A DNA stretch of 64,000 nt from the human T2T-CHM13v2.0 reference genome, Homo sapiens, in assembly GCF_009914755.1 (NCBI RefSeq), contig NC_060939.1, one strand, 5' to 3'. Of this stretch, positions 26,701-39,100 are shown piece by piece. Both the position numbers and the translations under genes were made by a program. Each line of letters starts with the position of its first letter. The stretch's first letter is position 1. The notes below the pieces were generated by a model. The model was not told where the DNA came from. It ran no database searches and saw only the letters and a list, made by a program, of their open reading frames with translations.

Positions 26701-29700
26701 GTAAATATCTTCACCTAAAACCTAGACAGAAGCATTTTGAGAAAACTCTTTGCGATGTTTGCATTCATCTCACTGAGTTGAACCTTTCTATTCATTAAGC
26801 AGTGTGGAATCATACTTTTTGTGCAATCTGCAAAGGAATATTTGTTTGCAGTTTGAGACCTATGGTGAAAAAGTAATATCTTCACATAAAAACTAGACAG
26901 AAGCATTCTGAGAAACTAATTTTTTATGTGTGCATTGATCTCACAGAGTTGAACCTTCCTTTTGATAAGGCAGTTCGGAAACAGTTTTTTGTAGAATCTG
27001 AAAAGGGATATTTTTTATCTCTTTGAGGCCTAAGGTGAAATAGAAAATATCTTCACATAAAAACTAGACAGAAACTTTCTGAGAAACTTCTTTGTGATGT
27101 GGGCTTTCATCTCATAGATGTGAACCTTTATTTTGATTGAGCAGTTTGGAAAGAGTCTTTTGTAGTGTCTGAAGTGGGCTATTAGTGAGTGGACTGAGAC
27201 CTATGGTGAAAAAGGAAATGGCTTCTAAAAAAAAGTATACAGAAGCATTCTGAGAGACTTCTTTGTAATGAGCGCATTCATCTTACAGTGTTAAACTTTT
27301 CTTTTGATTGAGCTTTTTGGAAACACTCTTTTTGTAGCATCTGCAAGTGTATACTTCTGAGCCCATTGAGACCTATTTTGAAATATGAAATATCTTCACA
27401 TAAAAACTAGATAGAAGGTTTCTAAGAAACTCCTTTGTGAAGTGTGCTTTCATCTCACAGAGTTGAAACTTTCTTGTGATTAAGCAGTTTGAAAACACTC
27501 TTTTTGTAGATTCTGCAAGTGGATATTTGGAGCACTTTGAGGCCCATGGTGAAAAAGGAAATATCTTCACATAAAAACTAAACAGAAGTTTTCTGAGAAA
27601 CTTCTTTGTGATGTGTGCATTCATCACACAGAGTTGAACCGTTCTTTTGACTGAGCAATTTGGAAAAAGTCTTTTTGTAGAATCTGCAAACGGATATTTG
27701 GAGCACTTTGAGGCCTATGGTGAAAAATGAAACTTCTTCACATAAAACAAGACAAAAGCATTCTGAGAAACTTCTTTGTGATGTGTGACAAAGTTTAGCC
27801 TTTCTTTTCATCGAGCAGTTTGCAAGCAGTCTTTTTGGAGAATCTGCAAAGGGATATTTGTTAGTGGTTTGTGGCCTATGGTGAAAAAGAAAATACCTTC
27901 ACATAAAAACCAGACAGAAGCTTTTTGAGAAACCTCTTTATGATGTTTGCATTCATTTCACAGAGTCGAATCTTCCTTTTCATTGAGCAGTTTGGAAACA
28001 GTCTTTTTCCACAATCTGTAAAGGGATATTTCTGAGTGGTTTGAGGCCTGTGGTGAAAAAGAAATATCTTCATATAAAAATTAGACAGAAGCATTCTGGG
28101 AAACTTCTTGGTGATGTGTGCATTCAAACCACAGAGTTGAAGCTTTCATTTCATTGAGTAGTTCAGAAACAGTCTTTTCATACAATCTGCAAAGGCATAT
28201 TTCTGAGCCCTTTGAGGCCTATGGTGAAATAGGAAATACCTTTACATAAAAACTAGACAGAAGCTTTCTGAGAAACTTCTTTGTGATGCGTGCTTTCATC
28301 TCACAGAGTTGAACCTTTTTTTTTGATGGAGCAGTTTGGATACAGTCATTTTGTAGAATCTGCAAAGGGATATTTCTGAGTCCTTTGAGTCCTATAGTGA
28401 AATAGGGATTATCTTCACATAATAACTAGACAGAAGCATTCTGAGAAACTTCCTTGTGATGTGCCCTTTCATTTCACAGAGTTGAACCTTTCCTTTGATT
28501 GAGCAGTTTGGAAACACTCTTTTTGTAGAACCTGTAAACAGATATTTGGAGCGCTTTGAGGCATAAGGTGAAAAAGGAAGAATCTGCACACAATAACTAG
28601 ATAGAAACTTTCTGAGAAACTTCTTCATGATGCGTGCTTTCATCTCACAGATTCAAACCTTTCTTTTCATTGAGTAGTTTGGGAACAAGTCATTTTGTAG
28701 AATCTGCAAAGGTATATTTGTGAGCTGTTTGAGGCCTATGGTGAAAAACAAAATATCTTCACATAAAAACCAGACAGAAGATTTTTGAGATAAATATTTG
28801 TGATGTTTGCATTCATCTCAAAGAGTTGAACCTTTCTGTTCATTGAGGAGTTTGGAAACTTTCTTTTTGTGCAAACTGCAAAGGAATATTTCTGAGTGGT
28901 TTGAGGCCTATGGTGAAAAAGAAATAACTTCACATAAAAACTAGACACAAGCATTCTGAGAAACTTCTTTTTTATCTGTGCATTCACATCACAGAGTTGA
29001 ACCTTTCTTTTCATTGAGCAGTTCAGAAACAGTCTTTTTGTAGAATCTGCAAAGGGATATTTGTGATCCCATTGAGGCCTACGGTGAAATAGGAAATATC
29101 TTCACATAAATACTAGACAGAAGCTTTCTGAGAAACATCTTTGTGATGTGTGCTTTCATCCCACAGAGTTGAACCCTTCTGTGGATTGATCACTTTGGAA
29201 ACAGTCTTTGGAAGAATCTACAAATGGATATTTGGAGAGCTTTGGGACATAGGTTTAAAAAGGAAATATATTCACATAAAAAGTAGAGGGAAGCATTTTG
29301 AGAAACTTCTTTGTGATGTGTGCTTTCATTTCACAGAGTTGAATCATTCTTTTGGCTGAGCATCTTGGAAACAGTCTTTTTGTACAATCTGCAAAGGGAT
29401 ATTTCTGAGCCATTTGAGGCCTATGGTGAAAACGAAATATCTGCACATAAAAACTAGACAGAAGCATTCTGAGAAACTTCTTTGTGATGTGTCCATTCAT
29501 GTCACAGAGTTGAACCTTTCTTTGATTTGAGCAGTTTGGAAACAGTCGTTTTGTAGAATCTGCAAAGGGATATTTGTGAGCCCTTTATGGCCTGTGGTGA
29601 AATACGAAATATCTTCACATAAAAACTAGACAGAAGATTTCTGAGAAACGTGTTTGTGATGTGTGCCTTCATCTCACAGTGTTGAACATTTCTTTTGATT

Positions 29701-30139
29701 GATCAGTTTGGAAAGTCTTTTTGTAGAATCTGCAAATGGATATTTGGAGATATTTGAGGCCTGTGGTGAAAAAGGAAGTATCTTAACATAAAAACTAGAC
29801 AGAAGATTTCTGGAAAACTTCTTTGTGATGTGTGAATTCATGTCACAGAGTTGAAGCTTTCTTATGATTGAGTAGTTTGGAAACAGTGTTTTTGTAGAAT
29901 CTGCAAAGGGTTATTTATGAGTGGTTTGAGGCCTATGGTGAAAAAGGGAGTATCAGCAAATAAAAACTAGACAGAAACTTTCTGAGAAACTTCTCTGTGA
30001 TGTGTGCATTCATCTCACAGATTGGAAGTTTTCTTTGATTGAGCAGTTTGGAAACAGTCTTTTTGTAGAGTCTGCAAAGGGATATATGTAGGTGGTTTGA
30101 GGTCTATAGTGAAAACGGAAATATCTTCACATAAAAACT
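20763..30139 (+). repeat. Alpha satellite, diverged monomeric A-type (~55 monomers), forward orientation
   Basis: ~171 bp period. The box position reads ggtgaaaaaggaa/ggtgaaataggaa (pJ-alpha/A-type), no nTTCGnnnnAnnCGGGn was seen, and gggatatttgtgagc variants are frequent. Confidence 0.95.
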
Positions 30140-33100
30140 AACTGCTCAATGGGAAGAAATTTTTACTTCTGTGTGATAAATGCAAATGTCACAAAGGAGT
30201 TACTCAGAAAACTTCTTTCTGCTTTTAATGTGAAGATATTTCCTTTTTCACCATACTCCTCAATGTGCTCGCAGATATCCTTTTGCAGATTCTACAAAAA
30301 TACTGTTTCCAAACTGCTCAATAAACAGAATGGTTCAACCCTGTGAGACGAATGTGCACATCACAAAGAAGTTTCTCAGAAAACTCCCTTCTCATTTTTA
30401 TGTGAAGATATTTCCTTTTTGAACATAGGCCTCAACGCACTCCCAAATATACCTTTGCAGAATCTACAAAAAGACTGTTTCCAAACTGCTCAATCAAAAG
30501 AAAGTTTCAACTCTGTTAGATGAATGCACACATCAGGAAGTAGTTTCTCAGCAAGCTTCTCACAAGTTTTTATGTGAAGATATTTCTTTTTTCAATGTGG
30601 GTCTCAAAGCACTCAAAAAAATCCCTTTGCAGACTCTAGAATAACAGAGTTTACAAACTGCTCAATGAAAAGAAATGTTTACCTCTGTGAGATGAATACA
30701 CATATCTTAAAGCAGCTTCTCAGAATGCTTATTTCTAGTTTTTATGTGAAGATATTTCCTTTTTCACCATAGGCTTCAACTTGCTCCTAAATATCCCTTT
30801 GCAGATTCTACAAAACGACTGTTTCCAAACTGCTCAATCCAAAGACAGGTTCAGCTCTTTGAGATGAATGCACACAACACAAAGAAGTTTCTCAGAATGC
30901 TTCTACCTAGTTTTTATGTGAAGATATTTACTTTTCCACCAGAGGCCTTAAACTGTTCTCACATATACCTCTTCAGATACTACAAAAAGACTGTTTCCAG
31001 ACTGCTCCATCAAAAGAAAAGTTCAACTCTGTGAGATGAATGGATACATCACAAAAAATTTTCTCAGAATACTTCTGTCTACATTTTATCTGAAGATATT
31101 TCTTTTTCACCATAGGCCTCTAACTTCGCAGAAATATTCCTTTGCAGATTTTACAAAAAGTCTGTTTCCAAACTGCTTAATGAAAAGAAAGTTTCACCTC
31201 TGTGAGATGTATGCAGTCATCAAAAGGAAGTTTCTCAGAAAGCTTCTGTTTAGATTTCATGTGAAGATATGTCCTTTTTCACCATAGGCCTCAAAGTGCT
31301 TGAAGTATCCTTTGCAGATTCTACAAAAAGACTGTTTCCAAACTGCTCAATCAAAAGAAAGGTTCAAACCTGTGAGATGAAAGCACACATCACTAAGAAG
31401 TTTCTCAGAATGCTTCTGTCTAGTTTTTAAGTGAAGATATTTCCTCTTTCACTATAGGTCTTAATGGGCTCAGAAATATCCCTTTGCAGATCCTACAAAA
31501 GGACTGTTTCCAAACTGCTCAATCAAAACAAAGTTTCAACTCTGTCAGATGAATGCACACTTCACAAAGAAATTTCTCAGAATGCTTCTGTCTAGTTTTT
31601 ATGTGAAGATATTTCCTTTTCCACCATAAGCCTCAAAGTGCTCCAAATATCCACTTGAACACTCTATGAAACAGTTTTTCAAAACTGCTCAATCAAAAGA
31701 AAGCTTCAGCTCTGTGACATGAATGCACACAGCACAAAGAAGTTTCTCAGAATGCTTGTGTCTAGTTTTTATGTGAAGATGCTTCCTTTTCCACCAGAAG
31801 CCTCAAAGCACTTCAAATATACACTTGCAGATATTGCAAAAAGAGTGTTTCAAAACTGCTCAATCAATAGAAAGTTTGAAGTCTGTGAGATGAATGCACA
31901 CATCACAAAGGAGTTTCTAAGTATGCTTCCATCTGAATTTTATGTGAGGATATTTCCTTTTTCACCATAGGCCTCAATACACTCCAAATATCCATTTACA
32001 GAAAATACAAATGACTGTATCCAAACTGCTCAATCAAAAGAAAGTTCAACTGTGTATGATGAATGCACACATCACAAGGATGTTTCTCAGAAAGTTTTTG
32101 TCTAGTTTTTAGGTGAAGATATTTCTTATTTCCCCAGAGGCCTCATTGGGCTCTCAAATATTCCCTTTCATATTCTACTAAATGACTGTATCGAAGCTGC
32201 TCAATGAAAAGAAAGTTTTAACAGTGTGAGACGAAAATACACCTTCCTAGGAAGTTTCTCAGAATTCTTCTTTCTAGTTTTTTATGTGAAGATATTTCCT
32301 TTTCCACTATAGGCCTCAAAGCGTTCCAAATATCCACTTGCAGATACTACAAATAGAGCGTTTCAAAACTGCTCAATCAAAAGAAAGGTTCAACTCTGTG
32401 AGATGAATGCAGACATCAAAAAGAAGTTTCTCAGAATGCTTCTGCCTTGTTTTTATGTGAAGATATTTCCTTTTTCACCATAGGCCTCAAAGCACTGGTA
32501 ATATCTATTTGCAGATACTACAAAAAGACTGTTCCCAAACTGCTCAATAAAAAGAAAGTTTCAACTCTATGAGATAAAAGCAAATATCACAGAGAAGTTT
32601 CTCAGAAACTTTCTATCTAGTTTTTATGTGAACATATTTCTTATCACCCCATAGACCTCAATCGGCTCACAAGTATCCTTCTGCAGATTATAAAAAACGA
32701 CTGTTTCCAAACCGCTCAATCACAGGAAAGGTTTAACTCTGTGAAATGAATGCACCCATCACAGAGAAGTTTCTCAGAATGCTTCTGTCTCGTTTTTATG
32801 TGAAGAAGATTCCTTTTCCACCATATTCCTCATGCACTCCAAATAAACACTTGCAGATTCTGCTAAAAGAGTGTTTCAAAACTGCTCAATCAAAAGAAAG
32901 GTTTTAGTCGTTGAGACGAATGCACACATCACAAAGAAGTTTCTATGAATGCTTCTGTCTGATTTATATTGAAGATATTTCCTTTTTCACCGTAGGCCTC
33001 AGAGTGCTTAAAATATCCATTTGCAGATACTAGAAAAGACTGTTTCCAAACTGCTCAATCAAAATAAAGTTCAACTCAGTGAGATGAATGCACACATCAC

Positions 33101-36100
33101 CAAGACGTTTCTGAGAAAGATTCTGTCTCGTTTTTATGTGAAGATATTTCCTATTTCCCCAGAGGCATCAATGGGCTCACAAATATTCCTTTGCATATTC
33201 TACAAAATGACTGTTTAGAAGGTGCTCAATCAAAAAAAAAAGTTCAACAATGTGAGATGAATGCGCACATTCAAAGGAAGTTTCTCAGAATTCTTCTGTC
33301 TAGTTTTTATGTGAAGATATTTCCTTTTTCACTATAGGCCACAAAGTGCTCCAAATATCCACTTGCAGACTCTACAAAACGAGTGTATCCACACTGCTCA
33401 ATCAAAAGAAAATTTCAACTGTGTGAGATGAATGCGCACATCAAAATAAATTTCTCCAAAACTTCTGCCTACTTTTTATGGGAAGATATTTCGTTTTTCA
33501 ACATAGGCCAAAAGCACTCCAAATATCAATTTGCAGATTCTACAAAAAGACTGTTTCCAAACTGCTCAATCAAGAGAAAGTTTCAACCCGGTGAGTAGAA
33601 GTCACACATGACAAAATAGTTTCTCAGGAAGTATCTGTCTAGTTTTTATGTGAAGATATTTCCTATCACCCCAGAAGCCTCAATGGGCTCACAAATATCC
33701 CTTTGCAGATTCTACAAAACGACAGTTTCAAAACTGCTGAATCAAAAGAAAGGTTCCACTCTGTGAGATGAATGCACAGATCACAAATATGTTTCTCAGA
33801 ATGCTGCTGTCTAGTTTTTATGGGAAGATATTTCCTTTTCCACCATAGACCTCAAAGCTCTCCAAATATCCACTTGCAGTTACTGTAAAAAGACTGTTTC
33901 CAAACTGCTGAATCAAAAGAAAGGTTGAACTCCATGAGTTGAATGCACACATCACAAAGAAGTTTCTCAGAATGCTTCTGAGTAGTTTTTATGTGAAGAT
34001 ATTTTCTTTTCCACCATAGGCCTCAAAGCACTGAAAATATCCACTTGAAGATTCTACAAAAAGAGAGTTTCAAAACTGCTCAAACAAAAGAAAGATTCAA
34101 CTCTGTGAGATGAATGCACACATCACAAAGAAGTTTCTCAGAATGCTTCTGTCTAGTTTTATGTAAAGATATTTCCTTTTCTACTATAGGCCACAAAGCA
34201 CTCCAAATATCAACTTGCAGATTCTGCAGAAAGAGTTTTTCAAAGCTGCTCAATTAAAAGAAAAGTTCAACTCTTTGAGATGAATGCACACATCATGAAG
34301 TTCCTCAGAATGCTTCTATTTTTATGTGAAGATATATCCTTTTCTACCATAGACCACAAAACGCTCCAAATATCCCCTTGCAGTTTCTACTAAAAGAGTG
34401 TTTCCAAACTGCTCAATCAAAAGAAAGTTTCAACTCTGTGAGATGAATGCACACATCATTAAGAAGTTTCTCAGTAATTTTCTGTCTAGTTTTTATGTGA
34501 AGATATTTCCTTTCCTACTATAGGCCTGAAAGTGCTCCAAATATCCGTTTGCAGATACTGCAAAAAGACTGTTTCCAAACTGCTCAATCAAAGGAAATGT
34601 CCAACTCTGTGAGTTGAATGCACGCATCTCAAAGAGATTACTTATAATGATTCTGTCTAGTTTTTATGTGAAGATATTTGCTTTTCCACCAGTGGTCTCA
34701 AACTCTCCAAATATCCACTTGCAGATTCTACAATAAGAGTGTTTCAAAACTGCTCAATCAAAAGAAAGGTTCAACACTGTGAGATGAATGCACACATCAC
34801 AAAGCACTTTCTTAGAATGCTTCTGTCTAGCTTTTATGTGAAGATATTTCCTTTTTCACCATAGGCTGCAAAGCGCTCCAAATATTCCCTTCAGATTCTA
34901 CAGAAAGAGTGTTTCAAAACTGTTCAATCAAAAGAGAAATTCAACTCTGGTGATGAATGCACGCATCACAAAGCAGTTTCTCATAATGTTTCTGTCTAGT
35001 TTTTATGTGAAGATATTTCATTTTCCACTATAGGCCGTAATGCACTCCTAATATCCACTTGCAGATTCTACAAAAAGACTGTTTCCAAACTGCTCAAACA
35101 AAAGAAAAGTTCAACTCTGTGAGTTGAATGAGCACATCACGAAGAAGTTTCTCAGAATGCTTCTGTCTAGTTTTTATGTGAAGATATTTCGTTTTCCACC
35201 ATAGGCCGTAATGCGCTCCAAATATCCACTTGCAGATTCTACAAAAAGACTGTTTCCAAACTGCTCAATCAAAAGAAAAGTTCAACTCTGTGAGTTGAAT
35301 GAGCACATCACAAAGAAGTTTCTCAGAATGCTTCTGTCTAGTTTTTATGTGAATATATTTCCTTTTCCACCACAGGCCACAAACACTCCAAATATCCACT
35401 TGAAGATTCTACAAAAAGAGTGCTTCAAAAATGCTCAATCAAAAGAAAGGTTCAACTCTTTGAGATGGATGCACACATCACAAAGAAGCTTCTCAGAATG
35501 TTTCTGTCTAGTTTTTTTGTGAAGATATTTCCTTTTCCACCGTAGTCCTCAAGTCTCTCCAAATATCTACTTTCAGAATCTCCAAAAAGAGTGTTTTAAA
35601 ACTGCTGTACCAAAGAAAGTTTCACGTCTGAGATATGACTGCATACAACACAGAGAAGTTTCTCAGAGTGCTTCTGTTTATTTTTTTTATGAAGATATTT
35701 CCTTTTCCACTATTGGCCACAGAGCGCTCCAAATATCCACTTGCAGATTCTACAAAAAGGGTGTTTCAAACCTGCTCAATCAAAAGAAAGATTTAACTCT
35801 ATGAGATGAATGGACACATCACAAAGAAGTTTCTCAGTATGCTTTTATCTAATTTTTATGTGAAGATGTTTCCTTTTCCATTCCATGAAGTAAAGTGATG
35901 CAAATATCCATTTGTAGATATTACAAAAAGACTGCTTCCAAACTGCTCGATCAAAAGAAAGGTTCAACTCTGTGAGCTGAATACACACATCACAAAGAAT
36001 TTTCTCAGAATGCTTCTGTCTAGTTTTTATGTGAAGATATTTCCTTTTCCACCATAGGCCTCAAAGCACTCAAAATGTCCATTTGCAGACACTACAGAAA

Positions 36101-39100
36101 GACGCTTTCCAAGCAGCTCAATCAAAGGAAATGTTCAGCTCTGTGAATTGAATGCACATCACAAAGTAGTTTCCCAGAATGTTTCTGTCCTGTATATATG
36201 TGAAGATATTTCCTTTTCCAATATAGGCCTCAAAGCACTCCAAATATCAACTTGCAGATTCTGTGAAAAGAGTGTTTCAAACTTCCCAATCACAGGAAAT
36301 GTTCAACTCTGTGAGATGAATGCACACAACACGAAGAAGTTCCTCAGAATGCTTCTGTCTGGTTTTTATTTGAAGATATTTCCTTATCCACTATAGGCCA
36401 CAAAGCGCTCCATATATCCACTTGCAGATACTACAAAAAGAGTGTTTCCAAACTGCTCAATCAAAAGAAAGGTTCAACTCTGTGAGTTGAATGCGCACAT
36501 AACAAAGAATTTTCTCATAATGCTTCTGTCTAGTTTTCATGTGACGATATTTCCTTTTCCACCACATGCCTCAAAGCGCTCCAAAAATCCACAAGCAGAT
36601 TCCATAAATAGAGTATTTCAAAACTGCTGAATCAAAAGAAAGTTTCAGCTCTGTGAGATGAATGCACACTTCACAAAGAAGATTCTCAGAATGCTTCTGT
36701 CTAGTTTTCATGTGAAGATAATTCCTTTTCCACATTAGGCCTCAAAGCTCTTCAAATATCCCTTGCAGATTCTACAAAAAGAGTGTTTCAAAACTGCTCA
36801 ATAGAAAGAAAGGTTCAAGTCTGTGAGATGAATGCACATCTCACAAAGACGTTTCTCAGAATGCTTCTGTCTAGTTTTTATTTGAAGATTTATCCTTTTT
36901 CACAATAGGCTGCAAAGTGCTCCAAATATCCACTTACAGATTCTTCAAAAAGAGTGTTTCCAGACTGCTCAATCAAAAGAAAGGTTCAACTCTGTTAGTT
37001 GAATGCACACATTACAACAATGTTTATCAGAATGCTTCTGTCTAGTTTTTAGGTGAATATATTCCCTTTTAAACTGTAGTCTGCAAAGCACTCCAAATAT
37101 TCACTTGCAGATTCTACAAAAAAGTGTTTCAAAATTGCTCAATCAAAAGAAGGGTTCAACAGTGTTAATTGAATGCACACATCACAAAGAAGTTTCTCAG
37201 AATGCTTCTGTCTAGTTTTTATGTGAAGATATATCCTTTTCCACCGTAGGCCCCAAAGCACTCCAAATATCCACTTGCAGATTCTACAAAAAGACTGTTT
37301 CAAAACTGCTCAGTGATAAGAAAGGTTCAACTCTCTGAGATGAATGCACACATGACAATGAAGTTTCTCAGAATGCTTCTGTGTAGTTTTTATGGGAAGT
37401 TATTTCCTTTTCCACCAGAAGACACAAAGGGCTCCAAATATCCACTTGCAGATTCTACAAAAAGAGAGTTTGAAAACTGTGCAATTAAAAGATAGGTTCA
37501 AATTTGTGATTTGAAGGCACACATCAAAAAGAAGTTTCTCAGAATGCTTCTGTGTAGATTTTATGTGAAGATATATCCTTTTCCACCATAGGCCTCAACG
37601 TGCTCCAAATATCCACTTAGAGATATTACAAAAACAGTGTTTGAAAACTGCTCAATAAAAAGAAAAGTTCAACTCTGTGAGATGAACACACACATCACAA
37701 AGAAGTTTGTCAGAATGTTTCTGTGTTGTTTTCATGTGAATATATTTCCTTTTCCACAATAGGCCTCAAAGTGCTCCAAATATCCACTTGCAGATTCTAC
37801 AAAAAAGAATGTGTCAAAACTGCTCAATCAAAAGCAATGTTCAACTCCTTGAGATTAATGCACACATCACAAAAAAGTTTCTCAGAATGCTTCCATGTAG
37901 TTTTTATGTGAATACTTTTCCTTTTCCAACACAGGACTCAAAAGGCTCCAAATATCCACTTGAAGATTCTACAAAAATAGTGTTTCAAAACGCTCAATCA
38001 AAAGAAATGTTGAACTCTGTGAAATGAATGCACACATAACCAAGAAATTTTTTCAGAATGCTTCTGTGTAGCTTTTAAGTGAAGATATTACATTTTCCAC
38101 CACAGGCTGCAATGAGCTCTAAATATCCACTTGCAGATTCTACAAAAAGAGATTTTCAAAGCTCCTCAATAAAAAGATAAGTTCAACTCTGTGAGTTGAA
38201 TGCACACTTCACAAAGAAGTTTCTTTGAATGCTTCTGTGTAGTTTTTATGTGAAGATATTACCTTTTACACCATAGGCCTCAAAGCGCTCCAAATATCCA
38301 CCTGCAGATTCCAAAAAAAGAGAGTTTCAAAACTGCTTATAAAAAGACAGGTTCAACTCCATGAGTTGAATGCACACATCACAAATAAGTTTCTCAGAAT
38401 GCTTCTGTGTATTTTTTATAGGAAGATATTTCCTTTTCCTCAATATGCCCCATAGCACTGCAAATATCCACTTGCAGATCGCACTAAGAGTATTTCCAAA
38501 CTGCACAGTCAAAAGAAAGGTGAAATGAATGCACATATTGCAAAAAGTATCTCAGACTCTTTTGTGTAGTTTTTATTTGAAGATATTTTCTTTTTTACAA
38601 TAGACCTCAAAGCTCTCCAAAGATCCACTTGCAAATTCCACAAAAGAGTGTTTCAAAACTGCTCCATCAAAAGAAAGATTCAACTCTGTCAGATGAATGC
38701 ACACATCACAAGATAGTTTGTCAGAATGCTTCTGTGTAGTTTTTATGTGAAGATATTTCCTTTTCCACCTTAGGCCGCAAAAGGCTCCACATATCCACTT
38801 GCAGTTTCTGAAAAAATAATGTTTCCAAACTGGTCAATCAAAAGAAAGTTTCAACTCTGTGAGTTGAATGCACACATCATAAAGAAGTTTCACAGAATTC
38901 TCCTGTGTAGTTTCTATGTGAAGATATTTCCTTTTCCACAATAGGCCTCAAAGTGTTCCAAGTATCCACTTGCAGATTATACAAAAAGATTGTTTCAAAA
39001 CTGCTCAATCAAAAGATTGGTTCAACTCTGTGAGAGGAATGCACACATCCCAAATAAGTTTCTCAGAATGTTTCTGTGTAGTTTTTATGTGAAGATATTT

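Noticed and set aside
29000-31300. Perfect palindrome or inverted duplication centred on the strand switch
   Set aside because: The flanks share only family-level similarity, and private variants are not mirrored around 30140.
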